NCBI GenBank assembly: GCA_050084985.1
Contig: JBITNC010000001.1
Location: 190,774,001-190,838,000 of the forward strand
Length of the DNA: 64,000 nucleotides
Source: Nageia nagi
Taxonomy: Eukaryota; Plantae; Pinophyta
Direction: 5' to 3'
The notes under the pieces are model-generated. The model did no database searches and was not told the DNA's origin. It saw only the letters and a program-made list of their open reading frames with translations. Made by a program: the position numbers and the translations under genes. Below, in pieces: positions 51,660 through 64,000 of this stretch (its first letter is position 1; each line of letters opens with the position of its first letter).

Positions 51660-54137
51660 GTTAGTAAATCTGTAAAGAAATAAAGTTACAGAAAGATGTA
51701 TACATCCTGATGTTTTTTTTTTCGTAATTTGTAGCATATATTGAGTTGGATTTGGTAGATGTCCACATGCAAGCATGCTCGATACCTTGTTGTAAATAGA
51801 TTAACTGAAATATCTTTTCTTAAAGAGAAGGCATACTCTCCTTTGTTATTTCATTTTGTTTTTATGAAAAATGGATTTCGCATTTTAAATTTCATCTTTC
51901 ATGTTAAAAATTCTATTTTTCTGCATAGTGTTCAAATCCACAACATATATGTGGCCAAGATAGTTTTTGTATATGAAATGATATTGCAAGGATTTTGATT
52001 AGGATTACGTGGGGACGTGCACTCGACCCTTTTGGGATTGTCTCCACCCCCTTCTAGGTCCCTGTATTGGAGGGGGAATATGTTCCCTGCCATCCTCGGT
52101 TTGTTAGCTGGAACAACCCAAGGATGCCAAAGGTGTCCCTTGACCGCCTGGGGATGTCCAGCCGTCCCCAACTGACAAGTACAAAGAAAAAAACTAAAAA
52201 GAAATGTAAAATAATTTGAAAGAAAATATAAAAAATTAATGTTTTAATGTTAAATATTTAGTGTTAAAAACTTAATGTTTAATATTTAAGATTTCAAATA
52301 TTTAAATATTTTAAATGTTTAAAGAAATATTAGTTATTAAAATATTAAATATTAAATATTTTTTAATAAAATAACATTTAGTATTTTTTATATTTTAATA
52401 TATTTTTAACTGCTGCAACTTAAATACTGTATCAGTCTGCTGACCCTATGTTGCACTCTAAAAATGGTCTGTCATATCTGAACGTCCTGAACACATTCCC
52501 CCATCCCTCACCATCCTTTACACAAGTGGATGTATATCACAACATATTCCTGATATATTGACATCAGGGGTTTCAGATTTATAGAGTTACACAGCTTCAT
52601 TATCTTGTACACATTAAGGGTTCTTGTCCAAATTCATTCATTGCTTAACTATTCTCAACTAATGACTTGGATACTGTTTCAGTTGTATAACACCAGGTGA
52701 TGTTTGCTGCTGCTTCTTAATGGAGCCTTTTACAGTAAATGTCTCATTTTTTATAACATAATGCTTCTTATATTACTTGTGGAAAATGATTATCTTTTAC
52801 ATTCACTTTAATAAGGAGAGGAAAATCTTTCCTTACATAAGATATGAAAAAAAGCATTTGCAAGTCGCACTTAAGTACCAACAATTAAGGATTGTACATC
52901 TTTACTGAACTGCTTGAAGTTTCCTTGAATAAGCATAACCACTCTTGCTTAAACAACTCAACCTCAGAAAAGGAAAGTGGAGGATTTTCTATTTGTAAAG
53001 TGGCCTTACATGTTTTTTCTAAATAAAAGATAGCATTGCCAGTCAAAAGGATTTCCAAATAAATTTTCAAGTACTTATTAATCTTCCAGTTGCATAAAAA
53101 ATGAAATGAATCAGTCCTGATACAAACAGCAGATTGTCTTTGGAGGAGCACACTGCCAAAAGCATTAGTTTACTCCTTCTCACAGAACATACAAGGGATC
53201 AATAATTCCAAGATTATGAAGACATTGTTTGATAGGTGATCCATATTGTAGTGCCAACCAACATTCTACCTTGTGTAATGAGGAGGCGTTTGTTGTCCAA
53301 GTGAAATGGCAACTCTTTAGTGAAAACACCTTCGCATCATTGTTTCCCCACAACTTATTTAAATGCAAGACAATGCCCAAGAAGTGTATTGGTCGATAAT
53401 TTGTAGAAGGATTTGACATTGGACCATCTTCTCTCTCTACAATAAGTACTTAATTATTCGGATTGAAGAAACATTTTCAGAATTATCTTCAAATATCCTA
53501 CAACACAGATTCATCTAGTCTCTGAAGATCATATGCAGCAATGAGTTATAGTTAAAAGGTAGAGCGATGATTTTTGTAATATGACTGTATATTGATGCTG
53601 CGATTGGTGTACTTGTTGAGTTTTTACTGAGTTTTTTTCGCTAAATTTGAGTGTGAGCCAAATTCAAGTCTCCAAACTATAGATACATCATCAACTGTGT
53701 GCATAGTACTTGATGAGACACTTTCTAGCTGGCATGATATATATTAGACTTAGCTGGTCTTTAAATTTTGTAATTGGAGATTTTTTGCACTTACAATAAT
53801 GAAGTTTACCTATGTTTAGTTAAATACATTCAGAAGTTTTAAGGAGATGAAAATCTGTTTTTTACTGAATTTTTAATGTGAATGAATTACAATGTAATCG
53901 TGTATCAAGTCTTATATAGTTTGTGCAGTGATGAAATAGGTTATACTGTAAGATGAAGAGTTGCATCATTGCATGTAAATGGTCTCCACGTCTGAAGAGA
54001 TGCAACCTTTCAGTTTGTTTTTTTGGTGTGAGGTTGTAGGTAATGGTGCCAGACTAAAGTTATCTAGGAGATCCAACATAGTTGAGGCATTTCCCACTAC
54101 ACCAGTGATTACCTCTCCATGAATTTATAGTTCTTAC

Positions 54138-54810
54138 CATAGTAGTTAGAACTAGGCTAGTATTTGAACTGTTAAAAATTTGGATTTGTAGAAAACTTTG
54201 TACAAGAAACCCTAAAAAGTCATTTCTTCACATGTAAAAGAAGTTTGTTTTGCACAAGACATTGAATTTGATATGTTAATACACAAACTACATCAATAAT
54301 AGCTAGAAAATGTAAATCGAGCACCAAACATGTTAAGAACTGGAAATGCAACATTTTATATTAGCATGAATAAAATACAATTAAAAAATGTCCATGGCCA
54401 AAATCTTGTATCAAAATATAACAACAAAATGTATTAATGACCAATCAACCTCTGACAAGCACATTGCCTTTGCTCTTTCCTTAACATAAACAGCACATAT
54501 TTGCATTGCCTACATTGGTTGCTCTTGTGTGGTTTGCGATGCCCCTTGTGCTTCTGCTACTGTTGTTGTGTATGCCTCTTCTTCAGCCACTGCTACAACT
54601 TTTTTCATGGTCTCAAAGTCTTCCATGGAAAGCTAGGGCTCCTCTTGTTGACCCAAAATCCATTCAAATTGTAGATCAGTCAACATCAAGTCCAAGTGCT
54701 CATTGTTGGACCTTCATTTTGTTTTTCATGAAGCCTAAGGTTGTAGTGCATGAATACCAAATCATTCATGCACATATGAGCAAGTTCATTGCACTTCTAT
54801 TGAATGTGCT
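54138..54810 (-). mobile_element. hAT transposase 3' remnant with terminal TIR
   Basis: Minus strand HIQ*KCNELAHMCMNDLVFMHYNLRL (54730-54810) resembles the hAT C-terminal dimerisation motif HSKKRNRL..RLNDLVFVHYNLRL. CATAGTAG TIR at 54138, as in the 44469 element. Confidence 0.75.
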
Positions 54811-54897
54811 TGTTGTGCCACACAACACACCTTAAAATTTTCATAATTTTGAGGACCCACTTTCAACGCAAATAGACTACATACCACCAGGACCAGA
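54811..54897 (+). mobile_element. 5' fragment of the TGTTG family element
   Basis: TGTTGTGCCACACAACACACC...TTTTGAGGACCC, the same 5' terminus as copies A-D. Confidence 0.6.
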
Positions 54898-54969
54898 ATT
54901 GAATAGGGAGGATTTAAAGTTTGACTATGATAGAGTGGATATTTTGCATGCAAGTAACTTCACTTTATT

Positions 54970-55340
54970 TTTTGTCCAAAAGGGGTTGTGTGACCACTCA
55001 TTGGAAAGGTCTTTCTGAGAGCTTTCCAATGGCATATCATATGCTTCAATTGGAGCTATACAACAAAAGTTATGGCAATTTTTGTAACTCAATGGGTAAA
55101 CAACTCCAAAGTTGGTCAGAATGACAAAAAGGAACTTTGGTTGGGCCGACAAACATGTTTGGTCAGAATGACAAAGAAAGTTGGTTGGAATGACACAACT
55201 CCTTGATTAGGCAATTACAACAGGTCATTACTTGCCCAAAAGGGGTAATTAACTACTTGTTGGAAAAGTGTTTCCGAGAGCTTTCCAATGGTGTATCATA
55301 TGCGTCTATTGAACATATGTACAAAAAGTTATGGCCTTCA
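54970..55340. repeat. Two ~255-bp-spaced copies of a TTGGAAA...CTTTCCAA...AAAAGTTATGG motif
   Basis: Copies at ~55001 and ~55260. This palindromic motif is common in plant TE-derived repeats. Confidence 0.7.
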
Positions 55341-55776
55341 GAAGATGACTGATCTGTTATTGCAGGTTCAAACTATTAGGAACCTCACACAACATGTAGG
55401 TGATACTCTAAACACCCAATTGTGAGAATTCAACATAAAATTCTCACTCTGAAGATGTTTAGTTTCTTCAAATGATCTTTTTTGGCTCAAGGTGAATGGT
55501 TCTAGTCAATTAGTTGATATTTTTGTTCTGATGTTTCTCATATTGGCTCTACTAACTTGAACCTAGGTGTGAATTTGTGCTTTATACACATGGTCTACGA
55601 ATATGTTCTTTTAGTCATTAATTGAGCTTTTTCTTGTGATAAGTTAACAATTTGGATGTTCAATCTTGTTAAATGTTATAAAGTGCACTTGCTTTATGCT
55701 CTATGTTTGGTGGGTTTTACTTGAATGGTGTATTGACTCCTAGAGGTTGCTATTTTTCTTTATCTTGTTATGATCT

Positions 55777-56474
55777 TGTAATGTCTCCATTTTTTGGGTG
55801 TTTTCCCCATTTCACCTATGATAAATGGGAACATTAATTTAGGAATGTTTGTCTATTTTAATAGATTTTGGTCCAAATGTTGTAAATTCCACTTAGAGAC
55901 TTAATGAAACTTTAATTATGGAATACATGGCCCTTTAATTTATTTATTTTTATTTAGTTAATTACTAAAATGCCAATAAATGTTGTCTTTGTAGTACCAA
56001 AGCAACTACATTGGTAAATGCAATATTAGTCTCCCTAAACAAAGCTTTGCATATTTTAGACTTGATGATTATAATATTGGCATTAAATGTATTTCTAGTC
56101 ATAAGTGCTCCCCTCTTCGAGGTAGAGCATCTCCCTAGGTGATTGCATCGACTACGAGGTCATTCGGAGCTCCAAGGATAGATGTGGCACTTCCAACTAC
56201 ACATTGGCAATCTCGAGGGAAGTGGACAGCCCTAAAGCATGGATGTTGGGCATGGGAGCATCCCAAGACCCCACGTTGGCCCTCCTAGGCACATGGACTT
56301 GTGGCAATGATCACGAGGTGCTCTAACATCACCCCCTCTTAGACGTTGGCATTCTTGGCCCTTAGATGTGATTTCATCCATCCCAAGGCTCCCCGTCTTA
56401 GACGTTGCATACATGAGCACACAGATCACATCTCTCCACTGTCAAATCATCTCAATGCAAGATTAGAAGATGAT
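55777..56474 (+). mobile_element. Partial LTR homologous to 2557..3936
   Basis: TGTAATGTCTCC...ccccatttcacct...atcatctcaatgcaagatta matches the reverse complement of 3200-3936. Cut by an insertion at 56475. Confidence 0.8.
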
Positions 56475-57076
56475 TGTAACACCCTCTCTTGTAAAATATA
56501 ATTAATTATGGGATCCTAAGGATTCCCTCTTGTAAATATTTATTAATTTATTTATGTATGTTTAGTTAGTACTTGGGATAGAAATAATAATGGTCCATTG
56601 GACCCCACTGTGAGCCCCAAGGGGGACATCTTCCTCACAAGCATAGGCTAGCATAATTTAATGTTATTTAATGTACTTGGAGATCCCGAGAATTGATTGT
56701 GGGAATCCCAAGGCCTTGTATGGACATGAAAATAGGATCTAGGCACATGTATGACTCCTAGCAACCCAACGCATAACATGGGGGGACTCCTAGGACCCCA
56801 ACGTTGGACTTGGAGACACCCCACCACCCTTGGAGGCCCACATCACACCTTAGGGAGGCTCTAACTTGCACACATGAGCATTTATGACATGTTTGAGGCA
56901 TTTGAGGGCCCCTAGGAGGCAAACGTTGGATAGGGGAGGCATGGATGATTCCGAGGTGATAATCTAGATTTAGACTTGAGCTATATTAGGCATTGGAGCA
57001 TCATTGCATTGATATATTGAACTTGATATTATTTCTCCTACCGTCCAATGGACACAAGTCTTGGCGCAACATCAAG
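56475..57076 (+). mobile_element. Partial LTR (TGTAACA family)
   Basis: TGTAACACCCTCTCTTGTAAAATATAATTAATT start, homologous to the minus-strand LTR at 57897. Confidence 0.75.
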
Positions 57077-58032
57077 ATGGACTAAGATGCTACACCTTAG
57101 CTGTAGATTAGCAAGATCTTTCAGTTTGCTAACCCTCCTAGATGCTACACCTAGGGAAGATTGCTTGATGCTGCCCCAAGACTTGTATCCACTGGACGGT
57201 AGGAGAAATATTATCAAATTAGGTATATCCATGCAATGATGTGAATTTCCTTTATATAACAATCCTTGGATCTGGATCTCACCTAGAAATCATCATTCCA
57301 ACCTTTAAGTCCAACATTAGCCTCCTAAAGGCCCTAAAATGCCCAAATGTAGGGTTAGATGTGTCCTAGGTGTCATACACAATCCAACACTGCCTAGGAA
57401 TGTCAATAATTACAAGATCCAATCGCTAGACATTCAATGCCTTATTATTGGAGACTAATATTGCATTTACAATTATTAGTTGCCTTGGAATCGTGTATTA
57501 CAACTCATACAAGTGGCCCACATAAAACATACTAAATCTACTCTTAATTACCAAGCTCACACCTAAACACAATCCATAACTAACTCATATCCCAAGGAGT
57601 GGGACATCACATTTCAAGGGGTCAATATGGAGATGTTTTTGGATTTCCGTGAGTGGCCACGATATGGAAGACTGGTCCAACTGGCGAACTTCAAGAGACC
57701 ATAACTCTTTCGTTTCTTGAGGAAACCATGTCGTGTAACCTGTCAAAATATTTCCCACGAGATGCCCTATCCAATGAACAAATCAAATCAACTCTCCAAT
57801 GCCTCTGGCATACTCTATCCTCAAATAATTATTTATTTACAAAAGGGAATCCTTAAGATTCCACAATTAATTATCTTTTACAAAAAGGGATGTTACAAAG
57901 CCTTCCCTCTCGAAATTGCTTGCCCTCAAGCAATTACAATACAATCCAGGGTCCCAAACCCACCTTAAAGAATAGATTCCATCATGCTCAAGTGAAGAAA
58001 TCACATCAACTATGCATCCAACAAACTTAACC

Positions 58033-61000
58033 TCAAGAGTGTGCACAACACACCGCAAAATACAAGATTTTGGGGACCCTATTTTTGCAAAGGCAACGAG
58101 GAGTATTGCCTTGAGATTGGCTTTGGGCGACGGATAGTTCATTTTGAAGAGTGCAAACATGATATTAGGGAGCGATTCAAGGAGATCTTGCGACCACGGC
58201 CTTGAAGAGTATCAGAGTATCCAGTCACCAATTTTGCAGCCAAGTAGCTAGGATCTGAGAGAGAATATCAGAGCATGGATTTTTGGTCTAGAGTGCAGGC
58301 AGTGGAGATGGGGTTGTTTCTTCAAAGTTTTAAGCTCATAAGTGTCGAGTGTGACGAAAATGAGCATTTTTGTAGAGTTCAAGTCTGAGAGCAGTGAATG
58401 CAGCTAAGATGACAAAAACAAGCATTTTTGTCAAGTATGAGCTCGGAAAGCTCAAAAATAGTCATTATCATGAAAAGATGCATTTTGGTCAATTTTGAGC
58501 CCGGAAGTGGTCAATACAGTAAAGATGTGCATTTTTGCACCGTTTGATCCCAAAAAGCTCGAAAATGGTCAAAAATGCAAAGTTGAGCTCAAAATGATCG
58601 GAAATGCTCAAAAATACTAGAATTGATCATTTTTTCACACTTAAGGCTCAGAAATGTCAGAAATGGGCGAAAATGGATACTTTAAGCCTGGAAGTGCTGA
58701 AAATGATGAAAAATGACAAGTTTGAACTCAAAAAGGCGGAAATGGTCGTTTTTGCATCGTTTGAGCTCGAAAATAATTGAAAATGTAGAGTTTGAGTTCG
58801 GAGATGCCGAAAATGGCATTTTGGTCGAGTTTGAGCTCAGAAACGTTGGAAATGGCCGACAATGCACATATTGAGTCCAGAATGGCTTGCAAATGAGAGT
58901 TTGAGTACCCCTAACGCCAGACACGTTTTCCCAAGGTATTGAAGACCCAAATGAGGGAAAATGGTGCATGTTTCTCATGGTTAAATGCAAATGGTGTCGG
59001 ATTTCAAGTCCAAGAGCTTCATTGGAGAGATAAGATGAATTTTATCACAATTAAGATTTGAAATTTTCGATTTTGACTATGTCTAAGGCACTCAAATCCT
59101 AGGCGCAGTTTTTCAAGCCTATGGAAAAACCATAGAGATGATTTTTGGCGCCTAGATGGTGGAGGAAAAGTGGAAATGCATCGAAATTCAAATGTGAATG
59201 CATAGATGGATGGAAGAGGTGATTTCAAGGCACTTTAGGTCTTCATTTTTTCTAGTTTGAGCAAGTTTAGACCCTCAAATTCCTAGGTGCAAGTTTCCAA
59301 ATGATTCCAAATCCAATGGGATGAATTTTGGCGCCTAGATTGACAAGATGAAGTGTTTTTTGCTCAAAAAACATGTTTAGATGCTTGGGAACAAGGAAGA
59401 GACCATTCTAAGCACATTTAATACTCAACATTTTTGATTTTGAGCACTTTTGAGCATCCTAAAGGCTAGGTGCAAGTTTGGGGAGCTATGGAAATCCAAT
59501 GAAGTGAAAAATGGTGCCTAAAACGAAAAATTTGACAAAATTTGGTCAAAAATCAAATTTGAGGTGTCCATTAAGTGAAATTTGGCATTTTGAACACATT
59601 TAGGTCTTGGAAAAATCAATTTTGAGCAAGATTTGAGATCCAAAATGCTAGGTGCAGGTTTGCAAGGCTATAGAAATCCAATGGGATGAATTTTGGCACC
59701 TAGCATGAGGAAAAAAGATAAATTTTGAGCAAAACTCAAGTTTGAAGGTTTGAGAGCAAGGAAAAGGGCATTCCAAGGCACTTTAGGTCTACAAAATTTC
59801 ATTTTTGAATAAGAGAAATGCCCCAAAAGGTTATCTGCATGTTTTCATGCCAATGGAATTCCAATCAAGTGAATTTTGCGCCTAAGTCAAGGAGGGAGAT
59901 AGATTTTTGATTAAAAACGAAATTTGAAGGCATAAATGGATAAAAGACCCCATTTCAAGCACATTTAAACTTGCAAGTTTTCATTTTTGAGCAAGTTTGG
60001 GGGCACAAATATCTAGGTGCAGGTTTGGAGCTCATTGAAGATCCATGGGACTGAATTATGGTGCCTAAGGTGGAAAAATTTGATAAATTTCACTCAAAAA
60101 TCGAGTTGGACCCCTTCATTGCATAGAAAAGGGCATTTCTAGCACATTTAACACTTGAAATTTTTGATTTTGGGCCATGGAAACCCTTCAAGAAGGTAGG
60201 TGCAGATTTTCATGCCATGGGGAATCCATAGACCTGAAAATTGGCACCTAACATGGGAGAATGTGAAGGTTTTGTCGAAAAATCAAGTTTTTTGACATAT
60301 TTGCAATGGAAATGGCATTTTGAGAACATTTAAACTTACAAATTTTCAATTTTGAGCAACTTTAAGGCACCTAGAAGCTAGGCGGAGATTTTCAAGCCAT
60401 TGGAAAACCATACAAGTGAAAACTAGCGCCTAACTTGAAGAGGAACATCAAATTTTGCTCAAAATTCGAAAATTTTGCCTTCATTGCATGTAAAATGACA
60501 TTCTAAAAACCTTTAAACTTTGGAAATTTTGAATTTGAGCAAATTAAAGGGCTCAAAAATCTAGGAGGCATTCTCATTCCTATGGAAATTTCACTTTTTT
60601 ATCTTTTGAAATCCATAGACATGAAAATGGAAAAAATTGCCAAAAATTTCAAATATTTCCCAAAACCTCCTAAAAGCCCCAAAACTTCTCAAAACATGCC
60701 AAGTACCTTGTAATCCTATCCTTGATCTATCCATAAGCTCAAATCCACTTTTTGAAAAATTTACAAATTTCGAAAAATAGACCAAAAAATCCACTTTTTC
60801 GAAAAATTCTCTTAGAATCCCTTGAAAATTTGCCACAATGATAACATCACGGGTGAATCCAAACTCAGAGAAAGAAGGAGCTCAAAATACTGCCAGAAAG
60901 ATCCAAAACAAGGATTTAAAGCTTCAATTTTTGACAAATTGATGCAAAATGCCTCGAAATATGTGCCAAGGGGCATCAATTTTTATAAATATTTTATTTT

Positions 61001-62081
61001 TAGCATATTTTAGTGGGATGTGATTGTTCTCTTACTAAAACGATATTGTAATCTCAATTTAGCATTCAAATTAGCATTTTAAATCTTTTTTAGGAATTAA
61101 AGCAACACCCTCAAATTTTGACCTACAAAGTCTATAAATAGACCATAGGGGGTCACATTTTGAGGTAGAATGTTGTAGTATAAGAAATTTCCAATTTTTT
61201 CAAAATTGAAATTTTTTTCAATTGAGGAGCAAATTGATGTACTTGTGCAAAACTCTTTTGCAAATATAATACAAATGGCTACAAGTTGATTCAAAGTGTG
61301 TTTTCATCCATGGGAGTGGTGGATTGATCTTTTTAGAGCAATTTCTGTAATTTGAACATTTTTGTGCCTTATCTTTGAAAACTCTTGAGTTTTAAGAGAA
61401 CTTGTTGCAAACTTTTTTAAAATGTTTGAATTGTCTTAAATTGTTGCTAATTCATCACTTGCTTGTTAAATGTTTAGTATTCTGAATTGACTTTCTCTTA
61501 AGACATCTTCTTAGATCTTTTGTTCAAAACTATCCACCTTCACTCATGTTTAGTCCACTTGATTGCATTGGTTCTGTTCATAGAGTACTGATAATCAGTC
61601 CTGTTGCTTGCTTATCTTTGAAATGATTGGACAATAGTTGTTCATTTCAAAGACTTGATTGAATTGAACAAGATTTCTTAACCGATCCGAGGGAAAGAAC
61701 ATTTAGACAATGCTGCATTGTGATTACCTCTTTGAAGTCTAGCCAGTATTCGATCTCATTCTCACTTTTTCTTTTCTTTATTTTACACTTTCTTTAAAAC
61801 TTATGGCAACTTTCGAACTATTGTAAGATAACACACCTCAGTCCCTACAAAAAAACGTGAGTTAACAGTTATTACCTCTACTACACCATTCAGTTGATTC
61901 CCATACAGGACTTACAAATTTAAAGCTCGAGTTAACGACATGAGCTTTTTGATAGAAACCTTGGGGTATCAGTCCTTACAAGCGGAGTTCAATAACACGT
62001 TCTCACCTACATGCTGGGTCGCTTTCCCGTCCTGATCGTATAGGCGATTGCTGATTAAGAGGAAAGGTTTCCTTCCCAACA
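58033..62081 (+). mobile_element. TGTTG-family LTR-like element (copy D)
   Basis: Degenerate 5' end ..GTGCACAACACACC..TTTTGGGGACCC and end GGAAAGG..CCCAACA. TSD TAACC/CAACC. 3' blocks shared with copy A (atttagacaatgc, aaaaacgtg.gttaaca, aaccttggggt.tcagtcctt). Confidence 0.75.
59040..60620. repeat. ~182-184-bp tandem array, ~9 units
   Basis: (c/g)tagg anchors at 59099, 59283, 59466, 59648, (~59831), 60013, 60196, 60378 and 60561. Each unit has an internal inverted repeat CTAGGTGC...GCGCCTAG. Confidence 0.9.
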
Positions 62082-64000
62082 CAACCCTCCAAAAATTAGC
62101 AAGTGTATGATACTCATTTCTGAAATAAAAATCAGCATGCAGTGGCTCAAAATCAATTTTCAAGACTTCCCAATCAATGTACAAACATGTGTCGATAGTT
62201 GGCAAAAAGGTTGCCAACGTTGGGTCTCCACAATTACACTCAAATGGTGCAATAATTGCCAACCAAAAGGTCTCTAACTATGTACTAATGGCAGCCAACA
62301 AATCAGGACCTGAAATATCAACAATAATCCAAGTAAAGCCTCTTATCATCACCAAATAGTCATCAATGATTGTAGCCATTAAGACAGGGACAACAGTCAT
62401 CAAATTATCATCAAATAATGCATCAACAATGTGTGTAAAGACAACAAATATTTCCTGATCATAGGCAGCCCCTATCAAATGAAGAGCATTCCTTATATCA
62501 TCTTTAACATTCCTTCTTGCATCAACAATAAGTACAGCTTTTACTGAGGGTGTATCAGTCCCAAAGACACGAGTAAAGAGTACAACATCAGTCTCATTTT
62601 TATCAGCAATTAATGCAGCCCATAGTGTTGCCACATCAGTCCCAACTAACGTCACAAACATTGCCTCAAAAGTCAAGGATTCAACCTCAAAATTCAATGA
62701 ACATGCTGGCCAAAAACTCCTAGCAAACACATTTGCAGTCCTCTTTCCCTTGAAAAGTTTAGTCCTTGCTGTCCTCTCGTGCTGTCCTCTCGTGCTGTCC
62801 AAACAGCCAAGAATGTAGCCTTGTCAGTCATGAAGAATGCAGTCCAAAATGTTGACAACAATAGCAACATGTCAGTCCTAACTGTCGCCACGATCATTGT
62901 CTCCGAAGGGAAGGATTTGGTCCCCAAAATTGCCAAACATTCAGTCGATGTTAAGCACAAAATGAAAGCAATTTCACTGATCTTCAAAACACCATTAATT
63001 GGGAGGTTGGGATTGGCAAAGTTCTCACAAAAATCATGGAGTGTAAAGCTCCAAATAGGGATGTTGGGGCAGCAGATGTACAGCTGAACGTTGGGGTTGA
63101 AACCTTGAGGATCATAAGTGGACAAAGTGTCCCAAACAGTCTTCCATCTTCCCCTATCAAATGCTACTCTTAAGATGTACCAACTCAGCGCAAGGAAAGT
63201 TGTAATCAGATCTGAATTTTCCCTTCTAAATCAGCCCATACCAAGCACAAAGATGAAGAGTAAAACTTTCTATTAGTGCATAATTTGTCCTTATATATTG
63301 CAGCCTTTTGGTGCAGCAAAGTAAATTCTGAAATGACATGATTCCTTACCCCAAACAGTGATGAATTTTCAGGAACACTATGGCCACAAAAATCAACAAG
63401 TGTATTTTCCTTTTTCTTTATGTCTTGGCTGCAAGTAAATGTGTCATGAGAAAATTTGATGCCCTTCTCATGTTCAAATCCTTCAGGAGAAGCTATGGAT
63501 TCTTGCAAACACACAAACAACCAAAGTGAGCTAAAACAAGTGAGGCCATTGCCCCATGTCATGTGCCAAGGATCCAAGTGGTTCCAACGACCACCAAGAC
63601 TTTCATTATCGGTTGAAACTATTCTTCCTTTCTCCTCTAAAACTGATTTGAAAACCTTCATGCTTTCATTTTCATTCCCCATGATCACCTCCAACCTTCT
63701 TAATCTCTCATTGTGTGCAAACACATTCGGATCCCATGGAGCTAGGAGACTATTGCAATTCACATGAAGAATTGATCTTTTCAACACATCACACTTTGAA
63801 ACCCAAGGCATGAAACTAGTATGTGCATACTCACAAGGTGATTGAAAAGTTTCAACATTCACATCTACATCAAGCTTCTTGTTCTTCACTACGTTCTCAA
63901 CAAATGGAGGTGATTGCATTTTGAAGGAAATACCTTGTAGTTCTACTTGACATACCTCATGTAGTGATACAATAATTTCTGATTTTCCTCCATTTTTGCA

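Larger units (their letters stand above)
57100..64000 (-). mobile_element. LTR retroelement 3' region on the minus strand: LTR, PPT and atypical ORF remnants
   Basis: PPT GAGAGGGAAGGCTT then TGTAACATCCC at 57897. Internal ORFs 62278..62802, 62694..63125 and 63206..63919 lack RT/IN motifs. WDP(G/N) peptides occur near the PPT and in the last ORF. Interrupted by 58033..62081. Confidence 0.7.

Noticed and set aside
51925-52545. Possible hAT MITE (ggggacg/cgtcccc motifs around an AT-rich core); similar patch at ~48555-48785
   Set aside because: No matching TIR pair with a TSD could be defined by eye.
51660-64000. Further PANK2 exons (ISYLNAL..., C-terminal DUF89 phosphatase domain)
   Set aside because: No matching peptide seen; presumed to lie downstream of the window.

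Overview
AT-rich eukaryotic (land plant) genomic DNA. The giant TE-filled introns and decayed Ty3/Gypsy elements suggest a gymnosperm, which is an inference. The only host gene is the 5' part of a pantothenate kinase 2 (PANK2-type) gene on the + strand. I resolved eight GT-AG, in-frame coding exons by eye (9371..51659); intron 3 is ~36 kb and the gene continues beyond the window. The rest is nested transposon debris: chromoviral Gypsy remnants, several TSD-flanked solo LTRs, hAT and Mutator-like non-autonomous elements, and a SINE in the promoter. Most notable: (1) four related 3-6 kb TGTTG...CAACA LTR-like units with hairpin-repeat arrays, two of which carry non-gag/pol ORFs; (2) a Mutator-like MITE carrying a tRNA-Cys-like Pol III cassette; (3) a hAT deletion derivative retaining a spliced BED-finger-only ORF; (4) a duplicated decoy copy of exon 5; (5) two inverted retroelement fusions inside introns. 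Coordinates were counted manually and may be off by a few bases. No database searches were run.
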